A program made the position numbers and the translations under genes. A stretch of 64,000 bases of DNA. Origin: an uncultured Candidatus Saccharibacteria bacterium. GTDB lineage: Bacteria; Patescibacteriota; Saccharimonadia; Saccharimonadales; SZUA-47. The DNA lies in contig CAYQPN010000001.1 of the NCBI GenBank assembly GCA_964419675.1, positions 100,480 through 164,479 of the forward strand, given 5' to 3'. Under the pieces are notes generated by a model, which saw only the letters and a list, made by a program, of their open reading frames with translations, was not told the origin of the DNA and did not search any database. Positions 35,862 to 46,251 of this stretch are shown here, piece after piece. Numbering within the stretch: position 1 is the stretch's first letter; each line of letters starts with the position of its first letter.

Positions 35862-37578
35862 TCTATTATTTGCTGGTGTCTCGTTAGCTTTTCCTGTAGG
35901 AGCATTAGCGCAAGGCGTAAATGACTTTGTGATTGAAGATTTTAAAGCAGTTTATGAGCTTTCGAACAAAGACCCACAAGGATTACTGTCAACGGTTGAA
36001 ACGATAAAAGTCAATTTTAGCGGTCAAAACCATGGAATTCTCAGAGCTATCCCTAGTATATATGATGACCAAAAAACACATCCAGAAATCTCAGAAGTTC
36101 TAAGAGACGGGAACGTAGAACCGTATATTACATACGAAGAAAATGGTAATACTGTAGCAAAAATAGGCAGTGGTTCAGTATTTATTACTGGTGAGCATGT
36201 ATATCAGATTACCTATCAAGTTGAGAATGTAATTAAATTCTACGACGATCACGACGAATTATATTGGGATATCAACGGTGATCAGTGGCTTCAGCCATTC
36301 TTAAAAGTATCGAGCGAGTTCAATACTGGTGCAGTGGTGCACCGTAGCTTAGAACCAAAGTGCTACACGGGCGCCTATCTAAGCACTAATCAAGACTGTG
36401 AGGTTTTATTCGACGGTTCTAATGTCGATGTTATGACCACGAAAACGTTAGAAGCCGGAGAAACACTAACCACAATTACTGCTTTTGAAAAAGGCTACTT
36501 TAGCCCTCCGAGTTTTCTAGATAAATACTGGCGGTTGTTGGCAATTAGCCCAATTATATTTTTACAATTTGCGGTCTTAGTCAGTGCTCATAAAAAATGG
36601 AAACTTTATGGCAAAGATTTTAAGAAAAGAGGTGTAGTAGCTCCTTATTTTGAAAGGCCTAAAGGTTTGAGCGTAATGCAAGCAAGTTATATCACAGAAA
36701 ATAAATTAACTTCTAAACATGTAAGCGCGGCGATTGTAGATCTTGCTATAAGAGGCTTTTTGAAGATAACTGAGAAAAAAGAAAGATTCAAGACAAAGCA
36801 TGAGTTAACTCTTATTAAAGCATCGGATGTTTCTCTGACTACTGACGAAAATAAGCTACTGGAAGGATTATTTGATAATTTAGTTGTGGGTGAGGTAATA
36901 GAGTTAGAAGATAAGAAAAATAAACTTTTCAAAACTATGGAATATCTAAATAAAATAGTTGATGAAAAAACTAATGATAAAGGATTTTATGAAATTTCAC
37001 CACGGAAAGCAGTAGGTAAAATGATGCCTCAAATTGTGTTAGCATGTGTTGGTTTCGTGGCTGGAATTATTCTAGCTTCGATTAGCAGTGGAATAACGAC
37101 GGTTAGTGGAGTAGTGGTTCTTCTGGGAGTAATTTTTTACGCAGTGCTTATGACTAAGAGAAGCCAAGCAGGGGATATGATGGTTGAGCACATGAAGGGC
37201 TTAAAATTGTATTTATCTTTCTCTGAAAAAGACAGATTAAAAATGCAAGATGCTGTTGCTGCGCCCTTGTCGCCACACTCAGGTGAACCCGTGCGTGATG
37301 TTAGGTTTTTTGAAAAACTTCTCCCATTTGCAGTCGCAATGGGGGTAGAAAAGACCTGGGCAAAAGCATTTGAGGGAATTTATAAGCAACCACCTGAATG
37401 GTATGGTGGAAATTGGAGTACATTCTCAACAATTGCCTTGGCGAATAGTCTTTCTAGCACCTCTGCGGTTACGGCAACTGCCTTCTCAGCTCCAAGCTCA
37501 TCCGGGAGTTCAGGTTTTTCAGGTGGCGGTGGCTTCTCCGGCGGCGGTGGAGGTGGCGGCGGCGGCGGCGGTTGGTAG
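35833..37578 (+). CDS. DUF2207-family membrane protein with signal peptide and poly-Gly C-terminus
   Basis: Signal peptide MKHFKLLVFSLLFAGVSLAFPVGALAQG, central TM helices, and a terminal …SGFSGGGGFSGGGGGGGGGGGW. Confidence 0.6.
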   Translation: MKHFKLLVFSLLFAGVSLAFPVGALAQGVNDFVIEDFKAVYELSNKDPQGLLSTVETIKVNFSGQNHGILRAIPSIYDDQKTHPEISEVLRDGNVEPYITYEENGNTVAKIGSGSVFITGEHVYQITYQVENVIKFYDDHDELYWDINGDQWLQPFLKVSSEFNTGAVVHRSLEPKCYTGAYLSTNQDCEVLFDGSNVDVMTTKTLEAGETLTTITAFEKGYFSPPSFLDKYWRLLAISPIIFLQFAVLVSAHKKWKLYGKDFKKRGVVAPYFERPKGLSVMQASYITENKLTSKHVSAAIVDLAIRGFLKITEKKERFKTKHELTLIKASDVSLTTDENKLLEGLFDNLVVGEVIELEDKKNKLFKTMEYLNKIVDEKTNDKGFYEISPRKAVGKMMPQIVLACVGFVAGIILASISSGITTVSGVVVLLGVIFYAVLMTKRSQAGDMMVEHMKGLKLYLSFSEKDRLKMQDAVAAPLSPHSGEPVRDVRFFEKLLPFAVAMGVEKTWAKAFEGIYKQPPEWYGGNWSTFSTIALANSLSSTSAVTATAFSAPSSSGSSGFSGGGGFSGGGGGGGGGGGW

Positions 37579-37622
37579 AATTAAAGAGTACGAAGTATGA
37601 AGTAAGTAGAAAGGTACAGATA

Positions 37623-38357
37623 ATGACAAATAAAAAGAAAACAATATTAATAACCGGCTCCTCAAGAGGTATTGGACGTGCGATTGCTTTAAAAGCTGCG
37701 AGTAATGGTTGGAACGTAATAATACACGGTAAAACAGATTCCTCAACGCTAAGAAAAACTAGGAGTGAGGTGCAGGGATCGACATCTGTTTTTTTTGATG
37801 TGTCAGATAGGGAAGAAGTAAAAAAAGTTATTTCAGAACTAGGTCATATTGACGTTTTAGTTAATAACGCAGGTGTAGCAAAGAATTTTCTGTCAGAACT
37901 GTCTGACATGAGGGAAGAATCAGCGATTGAAGAGTTTAAAACAAATGTTTTGGGCACTCTCTATTGCGCAGAAGCTGTCATCGAAAAAATGAGCAAGAAG
38001 AAAGCAGGTAAAATAATCAACATTGCTTCTATAAAAGGTCACCACAATCTTGCAACTATGAGCACATTGACATATGCTGCCACAAAATCGGGAGTTATAT
38101 CGATTACAAAAGCATTGGCTAAATCTTATCCTAATTTAAACATATGTTCGGTTTCCCCAGGATACGTAGAAACAGATCAGGTAAAAGATTGGAATTCTCA
38201 AACATTTGAAAGAATAAATAAGGGCACAATTTTAGGAAGAATAGGCAAGCCAAATGAAGTGGCAGGACTAGTCATGTTTCTTGCAGGGGATGAATCTACG
38301 TACATAACAGGGACAGACTATCTAGTTGATGGAGGTTATGAAATCTCAGGTAAGTGA
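37623..38357 (+). CDS. SDR-family oxidoreductase (FabG-like)
   Basis: Start taken at MTNKKKTILITGSSRGIGRAIA. It has the catalytic Y-x3-K region (…YAATKSGV…). Confidence 0.8.
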   Translation: MTNKKKTILITGSSRGIGRAIALKAASNGWNVIIHGKTDSSTLRKTRSEVQGSTSVFFDVSDREEVKKVISELGHIDVLVNNAGVAKNFLSELSDMREESAIEEFKTNVLGTLYCAEAVIEKMSKKKAGKIINIASIKGHHNLATMSTLTYAATKSGVISITKALAKSYPNLNICSVSPGYVETDQVKDWNSQTFERINKGTILGRIGKPNEVAGLVMFLAGDESTYITGTDYLVDGGYEISGK

Positions 38358-38569
38358 ACTTTTAATTAACCATCGTAGACTGCTATAATTAGCAATATTA
38401 ACAATTAAACATATAAAGAGTGTGGAGTAGGGATCTAGCCCGCAAATACCACCAGCAACCGGCAATTATGCAAAGGTGCTAAATCTAGCCCGACTTGGTT
38501 GGGGAAGATATTTGCTACACATTAGTAAGCCTTTCTTGACCATCGGTGGCCATAAGAAAGGTTTTTTTG

Positions 38570-39676
38570 ATGTCATACAAATTATTTACAAGTGAGTCAG
38601 TAGCTGCCGGGCACCCAGATAAAATTGCAGACGCAATTAGTGATGCTATTTTAGATGCAATTCTAGAGCAAGACCCTCATGCACGGGCCGGACTCGAAAC
38701 TATTGTTGGTGCTAATAAAGTTGGGCTGTTTGGCGAAATTAAGACTAGCGCAAAAGTTAACTTTAAAGAAGTAACCAAAAAAGAGATTAGAAGATTAGGT
38801 TATACAAACACTGATTGGAACTTTTCAGACAAATCTCCGATTGAAGTAAATATTCACCAACAATCACCAGAAATAGCCATGGGAGTTGACCTAGATGGTG
38901 CTGGCGATCAAGGTATGATGTTTGGCTTTGCGTGTAACGAAACTCCAGAGCTGATGCCTCTTCCGATTACACTTGCCCACGCTCTTACAAGAGCCCTAGA
39001 CGAGTCCCGAGAAAGTGGGGCTATTTCTTTTGTAAGACCTGATGGTAAGAGTCAAGTAACGGTTGCGTATGAAGACGGCAAACCTGTTGCTGTTGAAAAG
39101 GTTGTAATGGCTTTGGCGCACGATGAAAAAACTTCTCCTGATGAAGTTCATAAAGTAATTAAAGAGAAAATCATAGACGAAGTTATGAAAAAATATGGCT
39201 ATAGCGTGTCGGACAAACAGGTTGTGATAAACGGCACTGGGCTGTGGCACATTCCTGGTCCTGATACTGACGCCGGCTTAACGGGTAGAAAAATTGTTGT
39301 TGACGGATACGGTGGCTACGCAAGAGTTGGTGGTGGGGCGTTTTCAGGCAAAGACCCAAGTAAGGTTGACCGCTCTGGAGCGTACGCAGCCCGCTACATT
39401 GCTAAAAACGTAGTAGCAGCAGGTCTAGCCGAAAAATGCGAAGTAGCACTAGCCTACGTAATCGGTAGGGCAGACCCAATGATGAAGGCCTTTGATACTT
39501 TTGGCACTGAAACAGATTCAATAGAAAACATCCAAAAATTCATTGATAGGTTGCTTGATACGTCGGTGAAGGGAATTGTAGATGGCTTAAACCTTCGAAG
39601 GCCAATATACAGTTCCACAACGGCCTACGGCCACTTCGGCAAAAAAGATTTGCCATGGGAACAAATATCTAAATAG
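38570..39676 (+). CDS. metK: S-adenosylmethionine synthetase
   Basis: …LFTSESVAAGHPDKIADAISDAILDAILEQDP…, GGGAFSGKDPSKVDRSGAY. Confidence 0.9.
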   Translation: MSYKLFTSESVAAGHPDKIADAISDAILDAILEQDPHARAGLETIVGANKVGLFGEIKTSAKVNFKEVTKKEIRRLGYTNTDWNFSDKSPIEVNIHQQSPEIAMGVDLDGAGDQGMMFGFACNETPELMPLPITLAHALTRALDESRESGAISFVRPDGKSQVTVAYEDGKPVAVEKVVMALAHDEKTSPDEVHKVIKEKIIDEVMKKYGYSVSDKQVVINGTGLWHIPGPDTDAGLTGRKIVVDGYGGYARVGGGAFSGKDPSKVDRSGAYAARYIAKNVVAAGLAEKCEVALAYVIGRADPMMKAFDTFGTETDSIENIQKFIDRLLDTSVKGIVDGLNLRRPIYSSTTAYGHFGKKDLPWEQISK

Positions 39677-39773
39677 TCTGTAGCTGTGAGTAAAATCACA
39701 TACATTGATCTTAGTGCTTAAGCTACAATAGAATCTGGAAGTGTGATGGTGGAAACATCGCTACGTCTTCCGT

Positions 39774-39802
39774 AAACCGGGCCAAAAAAGCCCGGTTTTT
39801 TT
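39774..39802. terminator. Bidirectional rho-independent terminator (CCGGGCcaaaaaaGCCCGG + T7)
   Basis: A perfect 6-bp GC stem flanked by an A-run and a T-run, between convergent metK and 39801..40538. Confidence 0.65.
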
Positions 39803-40538
39803 AAGTGGCTAGCGCAAACTGTACTAGTTCGGCACGCCCGTGTTTAAGTTTGTCTTGCAGGATATCTCTATTTTCTAGCGTATGAGGTAGAATTAGACCC
39901 GATTCTGCCCTATGCCATCTGTGGCTTTCAAGTATCTTCACATTGCTTTCAAAGAACTTTATACACTCTTCAATTCTTTCCTCAGGATCATCAACTAACT
40001 CTATAGTCTCTAATAAATATCTGATTGCTCTATCTAAATAAATTGGAAATTCTCTACCGAACGAGCTTAAGTCTGCGTCATCTATTGCTTCTGAAATATA
40101 GTCACCCTCTTTTACTTGTTGAATAATTCTTCCATCGTCTATAACAACGGACGTACAAATAATCAGCTCCCCCACATATGAAGCTCGGTCACCGTTGAAC
40201 TTATTGTATTCAGTCCTATTTAACATATCTATATTGTCTTTTGCGCTACGAGCTTCATTGTTACCGAAGTCTCCTGTTGTGTAATCTCTGTCATGACCTG
40301 AAATTGCAATTCGTCCCTCGTGCTTTTCTTCCGGATATATTAATCCTTCTTGTATGCCGTAATCTGTGATTACTTCATACACAGGCATTACGTCCTCAAA
40401 TGTATGGGTAACGTTATGGTATCTAAACGGTCTTCCAGTATTTGGGTCTATAAGTCTTTGAACCGCTTGCCGATTTTCAGCAATAGCTGCTAAGCCTTGG
40501 TGAAAAAAATCTGAATCAATAAACTGCACTTTTGACAT
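39801..40538 (-). CDS. HD-domain-like metal-dependent phosphohydrolase (putative)
   Basis: Start taken at MSKVQFIDSDFF. It has a His/Asp-rich motif layout, but the family assignment is uncertain. Confidence 0.4.
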   Translation of the reverse strand: MSKVQFIDSDFFHQGLAAIAENRQAVQRLIDPNTGRPFRYHNVTHTFEDVMPVYEVITDYGIQEGLIYPEEKHEGRIAISGHDRDYTTGDFGNNEARSAKDNIDMLNRTEYNKFNGDRASYVGELIICTSVVIDDGRIIQQVKEGDYISEAIDDADLSSFGREFPIYLDRAIRYLLETIELVDDPEERIEECIKFFESNVKILESHRWHRAESGLILPHTLENRDILQDKLKHGRAELVQFALAT

Positions 40539-40598
40539 TAGTGTAATTATAAAATAATAGAATACATAAATCAACTATGATGTAGAATTGGTTAAGAC

Positions 40599-42374
40599 AT
40601 GAAAGAGATATATCGGATATTAAGAGTTGGGCGAGAGCTGTGGCGAAGCTACATATGGATTGGAGTTTTTACTTCAGCATTATCTCTGTTTACGATAATT
40701 ATCCCGCTGTTGTCTGGTTGGGCAATTGACGAAATTGGTAAAGGAACCGGAGCTAATTGGCGATATATTGTAGTATTGGCAACTGGAATATTTGCACTAG
40801 ATTTAGCGCAAACCATCTTGAGTAACATTAATGGCTATATAGGCGATCAGGTCCAAGCTAAGTTACAAAAACTTTTAAGCAAAAAATATTACGAGCATCT
40901 TATGACTTTGCCTCAGAGTTATTTTGACACAGAGCTAACCGGCAAAATTATAAATCGGCTTAACCGTTCTATTGCGCAAATTACAAGCTTTATCCAATCA
41001 ATGAGCAACGGTTTTTTGCAGTTTATATTCAGCACGCTTTTAAGCCTTATTGCAGTTGCTATTTATAGTTGGCAAGTAGCGCTTCTATTGTTTACGCTTT
41101 ACCCAATCTTTATCTGGCTTACAGTAAAGAGTAGCGGTAAGTGGCAAGCATACCAGAAAACAAAAAATGAGAACATTGACATAGCCAGCGGTAGATTCGC
41201 TGAATCTATTGGTCAAATCAAGGTAGTAAAAAGCTATATTCAGGAAAAAAGAGAACTAGGATTTTTTAACAAACACTTTTCAATTGTAGTAAATACCAAT
41301 AAACCACAATCGAAACACTGGCACAAACAAGACGTCAAAAGAAGACTAATACTGAACGTTATATTCTACGGTGTCTACCTCATGATTTTCTATCAAGCAA
41401 CACAAGGTACTTTGAGCCCTGGGCAAGCAGTAACTTTGATTTTGTACGCGATGAACATTCGTATACCAATATTTACTATAAGTTGGCTCGTCGAGCAGAC
41501 TCAACGCGCAGTTGCTGACAGTAGAGATTATTTTGAAGTGATGGAGCTAAAAGCGGAGATTGAGGATAAAAAAGGAGCCAAGAATTTAGTAATAAAAAGT
41601 CCAGAGGTAATTTTTAATGATGTACATTTTGGTTACGAAAAAGGTCAAGACGTCATAAAAGGCATGAGTTTTAAGCTTAAATCAAACTCCAAGGTCGCGT
41701 TAGTTGGAGAAAGTGGGGAAGGAAAGACTACTCTTACCAATCTGCTTCTAAGACTTTACGAGCCAACGTCAGGGACAATTACAATTGACGGTCAAAATGT
41801 CGTTGATGTTACTCAAGAGAGTTTAAGGCATAATATTGGCGTCGTATTTCAGGACCCGAGTTTGTTTAGTGGAACAATAAAAGAGAATATTAGCTATGCT
41901 AAGCCTGATGCTAGCGATGAAGATATTGAAAAAGCTTCACGCGCCGCTAATGCTCATGAATTTGTAGAAAAATTAGAGAATGGTTACGACACTCAAATTG
42001 GTGAACGCGGTTTGAAATTATCTGGTGGGCAAAAACAGCGCCTAGCAATTGCTAGGGCGATACTTAAGGACGCGCCTATCTTGATACTTGACGAGGCAAC
42101 AAGTAGCCTAGATAGCAGAAGCGAGCTTCTGGTTCATGATGCACTAGAAAGATTAATGAAAAATCGAACAACGATAATTATTGCCCATAGGTTAAGCACT
42201 ATTCAAAACGTTGATAATATTATTGCGCTGAAAGACGGAAAAGTTTCAGAGTCTGGGTCACCAAAAGAGTTATCAAAATCAAACGGTATATATGCACGGC
42301 TTTTGGAGGTCCAGACGGCAAGGTCGGCTGAAGAACGTCAAAAAGCTTTAGCAAAATTTGGTATCGTCTCATAG
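40599..42374 (+). CDS. ABC exporter, fused permease-ATPase (MsbA-like)
   Basis: 6 TM segments plus an NBD with GESGEGKTT, LSGGQKQRLAIARA and ILILDEATSSLD. Confidence 0.85.
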   Translation: MKEIYRILRVGRELWRSYIWIGVFTSALSLFTIIIPLLSGWAIDEIGKGTGANWRYIVVLATGIFALDLAQTILSNINGYIGDQVQAKLQKLLSKKYYEHLMTLPQSYFDTELTGKIINRLNRSIAQITSFIQSMSNGFLQFIFSTLLSLIAVAIYSWQVALLLFTLYPIFIWLTVKSSGKWQAYQKTKNENIDIASGRFAESIGQIKVVKSYIQEKRELGFFNKHFSIVVNTNKPQSKHWHKQDVKRRLILNVIFYGVYLMIFYQATQGTLSPGQAVTLILYAMNIRIPIFTISWLVEQTQRAVADSRDYFEVMELKAEIEDKKGAKNLVIKSPEVIFNDVHFGYEKGQDVIKGMSFKLKSNSKVALVGESGEGKTTLTNLLLRLYEPTSGTITIDGQNVVDVTQESLRHNIGVVFQDPSLFSGTIKENISYAKPDASDEDIEKASRAANAHEFVEKLENGYDTQIGERGLKLSGGQKQRLAIARAILKDAPILILDEATSSLDSRSELLVHDALERLMKNRTTIIIAHRLSTIQNVDNIIALKDGKVSESGSPKELSKSNGIYARLLEVQTARSAEERQKALAKFGIVS

Positions 42375-42421
42375 AGTAGCAGTAGGCTATAATTGGAGAT
42401 AAATAAGAGGGATAAAGAATA

Positions 42422-45100
42422 ATGAAAAATAGTTCTAATAAGAGTTTCTGGCAGAGTTTTGGGTTGTTCTTTTACAAACGAAGCACTTTAGCGATGTTTT
42501 TATGGTTAGCTGTAGTAGTTTTTGGGTCGCTTAGCTATAGCGTTTGGATGAGAAGAGAAGGTTTTCCTAGTGTAAATGTTCCCCTTGGCGCGGTTCAGAT
42601 AATAAGTTTTGAACAGACCGCAGAACAAGTTGACAAAAACTTCGTGCAGCCGCTACTTGAACAGGCTAAGAAGGACAAGAGTGTCAAGGATGCAGTAAGT
42701 AGCTCTTCTGATATCGGTGCATCGATACAAATCAGTTTTAATGAGGGTTCTGATGTTCAGAAATCTCTCGATTTATTAAAATCTGGCGTTGAAGGAAGGT
42801 TGCCTAAAAATGCAGAAGTATTCTACATCAAGATAAACGCAAGCAAGCTAACTCCTGAGGGAGATGATGTGTTAATAAGCGTTCACGGAGCTGGTTTGAG
42901 CCCAGCCCAACTTGATGAATCTGCAAAAAAACTGTTGCCAATTTTAGAGCAAAGATTGAAACTTGCTGAAAAAGTCCATGTTTACAATCTGGTCGAGTCA
43001 GTAGTTGACGACAATACAGGCGAGACAACGTCTGCTCAAGTTCGTTTTGATAGGTTTTTGAATAGTGATACTAACGGTAGCCAGCCTTCGGTTATCGTAG
43101 GAGTTGGCGGCAAGTCTGGTGTAGACCAGCTGAAGTTGTTTGACGAGATTGAAGCCACGCTCAACAGCGATGAGGCAAAATCTATTGGTGCTTCATCGGC
43201 TATATCGTCAGATTACGCCGAGAGCATTCGCGAACAAGTGTCCGGTCTGCAATCTAACTTACTTGAAGGACTACTAGTAGTGCTTATAGTTAGCTTTATT
43301 TTGATTTCACTGCGCGGATCGGTTGTTACAGCATTAGCTATGTCAACGACTGTAATCGGTACTATAGCTATCCTAAAATTAATTGGCTTCTCAATAAACA
43401 CAATCACATTATTTTCATTAGTGCTCTGCTTAGCGCTAATTGTTGATGACACAACTATAGTAGTGGAAGCAATCGATGCGGGGCTAAAAAAGAAAAAGAA
43501 TTATCTAGAAGTTGTATCGGATGCATTAAGAAAAGTTGCCCGTGCTTCTTCTACAGGAACGTTAGTTACGATACTTGCATTTGCCCCAATGTTATTCATT
43601 GGCGGTGTATTGGGTGAGTTTATTAGAGCAATTCCTATTACAATAATTATCAGCTTGATAGTTAGCTTGTTGGTTTCTTTCATGTTTATACCAGCATTAA
43701 TGACGCTAACTTTTGGACGTAGAAATGCACACAAACCACGAAGTATAAAGGTTGTTGCACGTGCTGAAGAGACATTAAGTGTTATGCTTTCCAGTGCTTT
43801 AAGATGGTCGGTCAAAACTACTAAACGGAGCGTTGCAACAAAACTAGGAGCAGTGCTTGTCAGCTTACTATTTATAGCTGTAGGTGGTATGTTTTTTAGA
43901 CAAGTTGAATTTAACATATTTCCGGCTCCTAAAGACGGCATAAATATTATTTTTTCTGCAGAGGTAAAGAATAAGGAAACAGCGGTAATTTCCGAAACCG
44001 AAAAATATACAGATAAGCTGTTGGCTAAAACAAAAGAAGTCGTTGGCAAAGATTTGAAGCGGCTAAGCCTGAGCGGGCTAGGAGCAGCCGATAGGGACGG
44101 TTTTAATGCTTCAATACTGCTCAGTTCTCTAGACGATAGAGAAAAGACTTCAGTGCAGATTGCTGAAGAATTGCAGGCTTCGCTTGAAAATCTCGTTCCA
44201 GAAATGCGTGTAAATGTTGAATCGGCAGGTGTAGGGCCACCTGAAGGTAACTTTACGGTACAGATTAGGGGCGAAGATGCAGACAAATCGTTAGTACTTG
44301 CAAACGAGGTGTCAAAATTTCTGAGTTCGGCGGTTCTTACACGTCCTGATAAAACTACTTCAAGGCTGACTAATGTGCAGACAACACCTAGAAATTTAGT
44401 ATTGAGAGATAACAACGAAAGAGTGGTAAACGTAACGGCGGGCTTTGAGGGTAAGGATGTCTCGGCACTTGTCGAGCTAGCTGAAAACGCAGTAAAAAAT
44501 GAATTTACGCCTGAGCTTGTTTCTAGCTTTGGACTTCCTGAAAATGCACTAGGCTTTGATTTCGGCCAAGAAGAGGAAAATCAGAAATCGTTTGAATCAA
44601 TGGGTAAGGCTGCAGGGCCGCTGTTTCTTGCGATGTTTATTGTAATGGCTATTTTGTTTAAGAGCCTAACTCAACCCTTGCTAATACTCACAGCGCTACC
44701 CTTTGCTCTGTTTGGGGTAGCGACTGGTTTACTGCTTACTGACAATCCGCTAAGCTTCTTTTCAATGCTCGGAGTGTTCGCTCTCATAGGTATTAGTCTA
44801 AATAATACGATTTTACTTACAGACTACGCGAATCAAGGCCAAAAAGAAGGACAAAGCCCGGTTAATGCAATGTCTGGAGCACTTAAAAACAGACTACGGC
44901 CGCTCCTCACAACTAGTGTTACGAGCGTTTTAGCTCTGCTACCCTTGGCACTAAATGACCCATTCTGGGAAGGTCTTGCCTATACATTAATATTCGGCTT
45001 ACTTTCTAGTACTGTGTTAGTTCTGTTGGTATTCCCGTACTTCTACCTCATTGAGGAAACTTTAAGATCAAAGTTTTTGTCTATATTCCGCCGACAATAA
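42422..45100 (+). CDS. RND-superfamily transporter (AcrB/MMPL-like; 12 TM with two large extracytoplasmic loops)
   Basis: 892 aa with a duplicated 6-TM-plus-loop topology. Confidence 0.65.
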   Translation: MKNSSNKSFWQSFGLFFYKRSTLAMFLWLAVVVFGSLSYSVWMRREGFPSVNVPLGAVQIISFEQTAEQVDKNFVQPLLEQAKKDKSVKDAVSSSSDIGASIQISFNEGSDVQKSLDLLKSGVEGRLPKNAEVFYIKINASKLTPEGDDVLISVHGAGLSPAQLDESAKKLLPILEQRLKLAEKVHVYNLVESVVDDNTGETTSAQVRFDRFLNSDTNGSQPSVIVGVGGKSGVDQLKLFDEIEATLNSDEAKSIGASSAISSDYAESIREQVSGLQSNLLEGLLVVLIVSFILISLRGSVVTALAMSTTVIGTIAILKLIGFSINTITLFSLVLCLALIVDDTTIVVEAIDAGLKKKKNYLEVVSDALRKVARASSTGTLVTILAFAPMLFIGGVLGEFIRAIPITIIISLIVSLLVSFMFIPALMTLTFGRRNAHKPRSIKVVARAEETLSVMLSSALRWSVKTTKRSVATKLGAVLVSLLFIAVGGMFFRQVEFNIFPAPKDGINIIFSAEVKNKETAVISETEKYTDKLLAKTKEVVGKDLKRLSLSGLGAADRDGFNASILLSSLDDREKTSVQIAEELQASLENLVPEMRVNVESAGVGPPEGNFTVQIRGEDADKSLVLANEVSKFLSSAVLTRPDKTTSRLTNVQTTPRNLVLRDNNERVVNVTAGFEGKDVSALVELAENAVKNEFTPELVSSFGLPENALGFDFGQEEENQKSFESMGKAAGPLFLAMFIVMAILFKSLTQPLLILTALPFALFGVATGLLLTDNPLSFFSMLGVFALIGISLNNTILLTDYANQGQKEGQSPVNAMSGALKNRLRPLLTTSVTSVLALLPLALNDPFWEGLAYTLIFGLLSSTVLVLLVFPYFYLIEETLRSKFLSIFRRQ

Positions 45101-45188
45101 CACAACAATAACGGTCTTGGCAGTGTGGGACTTTTGGGGCTATACTAGAACTAATCGCGGGCAAGAACTAAGTTCAAAATAAACACGC

Positions 45189-45752
45189 GTGGAGGGTAAC
45201 AATAATATGGCAACAAGCAGTGGCCAAAGGGTGGCTACGTTCCTACTGGCGTTGATGTTTTTATTAACAAGCATCGGGGCAGCAGGATACGTAATATGGC
45301 AATTAAATCATGACTCTGAAGGGGGACTAGTGCAGGACGACAAACCAACACCAGCTACTGATAAACCGCAAACAGCATCATTGGAAGGACAACAACTCGG
45401 TGACTTTACCGGACCAGTATCGGTACCCACACTTAAATTTGAAGATTCTGTTGAAGGCACGGGTGACGTAGTGCAGCCGGGTGACGCGGTCACTATTCAC
45501 TACACCGGAGCTCTAGCTACCACAGGGGTAATATTTGATTCTTCAGTAGACGGAGAAGGCACTCCAGCCACATTTTCGTTGAATAGCTTGATACCGGGCT
45601 GGCAACAAGGCATTCCTGGCATGAAAGTTGGAGGCAAAAGACGTTTATTCATACCTTCAGCTCTTGGTTATGGTGAAGCGGGTGCGGGCGAAAATATCCC
45701 GCCAAATTCCGATTTAGTTTTTGACATTGAGCTTTTTGCTACTGAGAGATAG
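45189..45752 (+). CDS. FKBP-type peptidyl-prolyl cis-trans isomerase with N-terminal TM anchor
   Basis: …GDAVTIHYTGALATTGVIFDSS…FSLNSLIPGWQQGIPGMKVGGKRRLFIPSALGYG…FDIELF. Confidence 0.8.
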   Translation: MEGNNNMATSSGQRVATFLLALMFLLTSIGAAGYVIWQLNHDSEGGLVQDDKPTPATDKPQTASLEGQQLGDFTGPVSVPTLKFEDSVEGTGDVVQPGDAVTIHYTGALATTGVIFDSSVDGEGTPATFSLNSLIPGWQQGIPGMKVGGKRRLFIPSALGYGEAGAGENIPPNSDLVFDIELFATER

Positions 45753-45919
45753 TAAAAACAGCTCAGAGTAGAGAATATAAACATAAGGGGGAAAAATAAA
45801 GACAAAAACACAACATATAGCGTACTTGCAAAAAAAGTAAACACTAGCTACAATGATAAACATAAGCTAAAAACTTTCACAAAAAATCAACATAATAACC
45901 CTAAGAGGAATCTTATAAA

Positions 45920-46165
45920 ATGACTAAAAAAATAACAATCTTCACCACTAACACTTGCGCCTACTGCGCTATGGTTAAGAAATACCTTGACGGAAAAGGT
46001 GTTAAATACGACGTAGTAAACCTGGATGAACAACCTGAACGTCAAGCTGAAATTTATGCAAAAAGCGGAGCCCTAACAGTCCCTGTAACAGTAATTGAAA
46101 GAGAAGATGATACTGAAGAAGTCGTGATTGGCTTCAATCTACCACGCCTAGCTGCAGCAGTTTAG
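45920..46165 (+). CDS. Glutaredoxin-like (NrdH-type) redoxin, CAYC active site
   Basis: 81 aa, paralog of 1246..1494 (CGFC), immediately upstream of trxB. Confidence 0.7.
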   Translation: MTKKITIFTTNTCAYCAMVKKYLDGKGVKYDVVNLDEQPERQAEIYAKSGALTVPVTVIEREDDTEEVVIGFNLPRLAAAV

Positions 46166-46251
46166 ATAATAAAAAGTGCACAAGTGATTTCTCTAGACCT
46201 GTTTGGTGTGGGATAATGTAGTTAAATCATTCATAAGTAAAGGAAGTTGAG

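Noticed and set aside
43501-44415. 304-aa minus-strand ORF inside the RND transporter gene
   Set aside because: It is antisense to a well-supported 892-aa membrane transporter. The Ser/Thr-rich low-complexity translation is typical of shadow ORFs.
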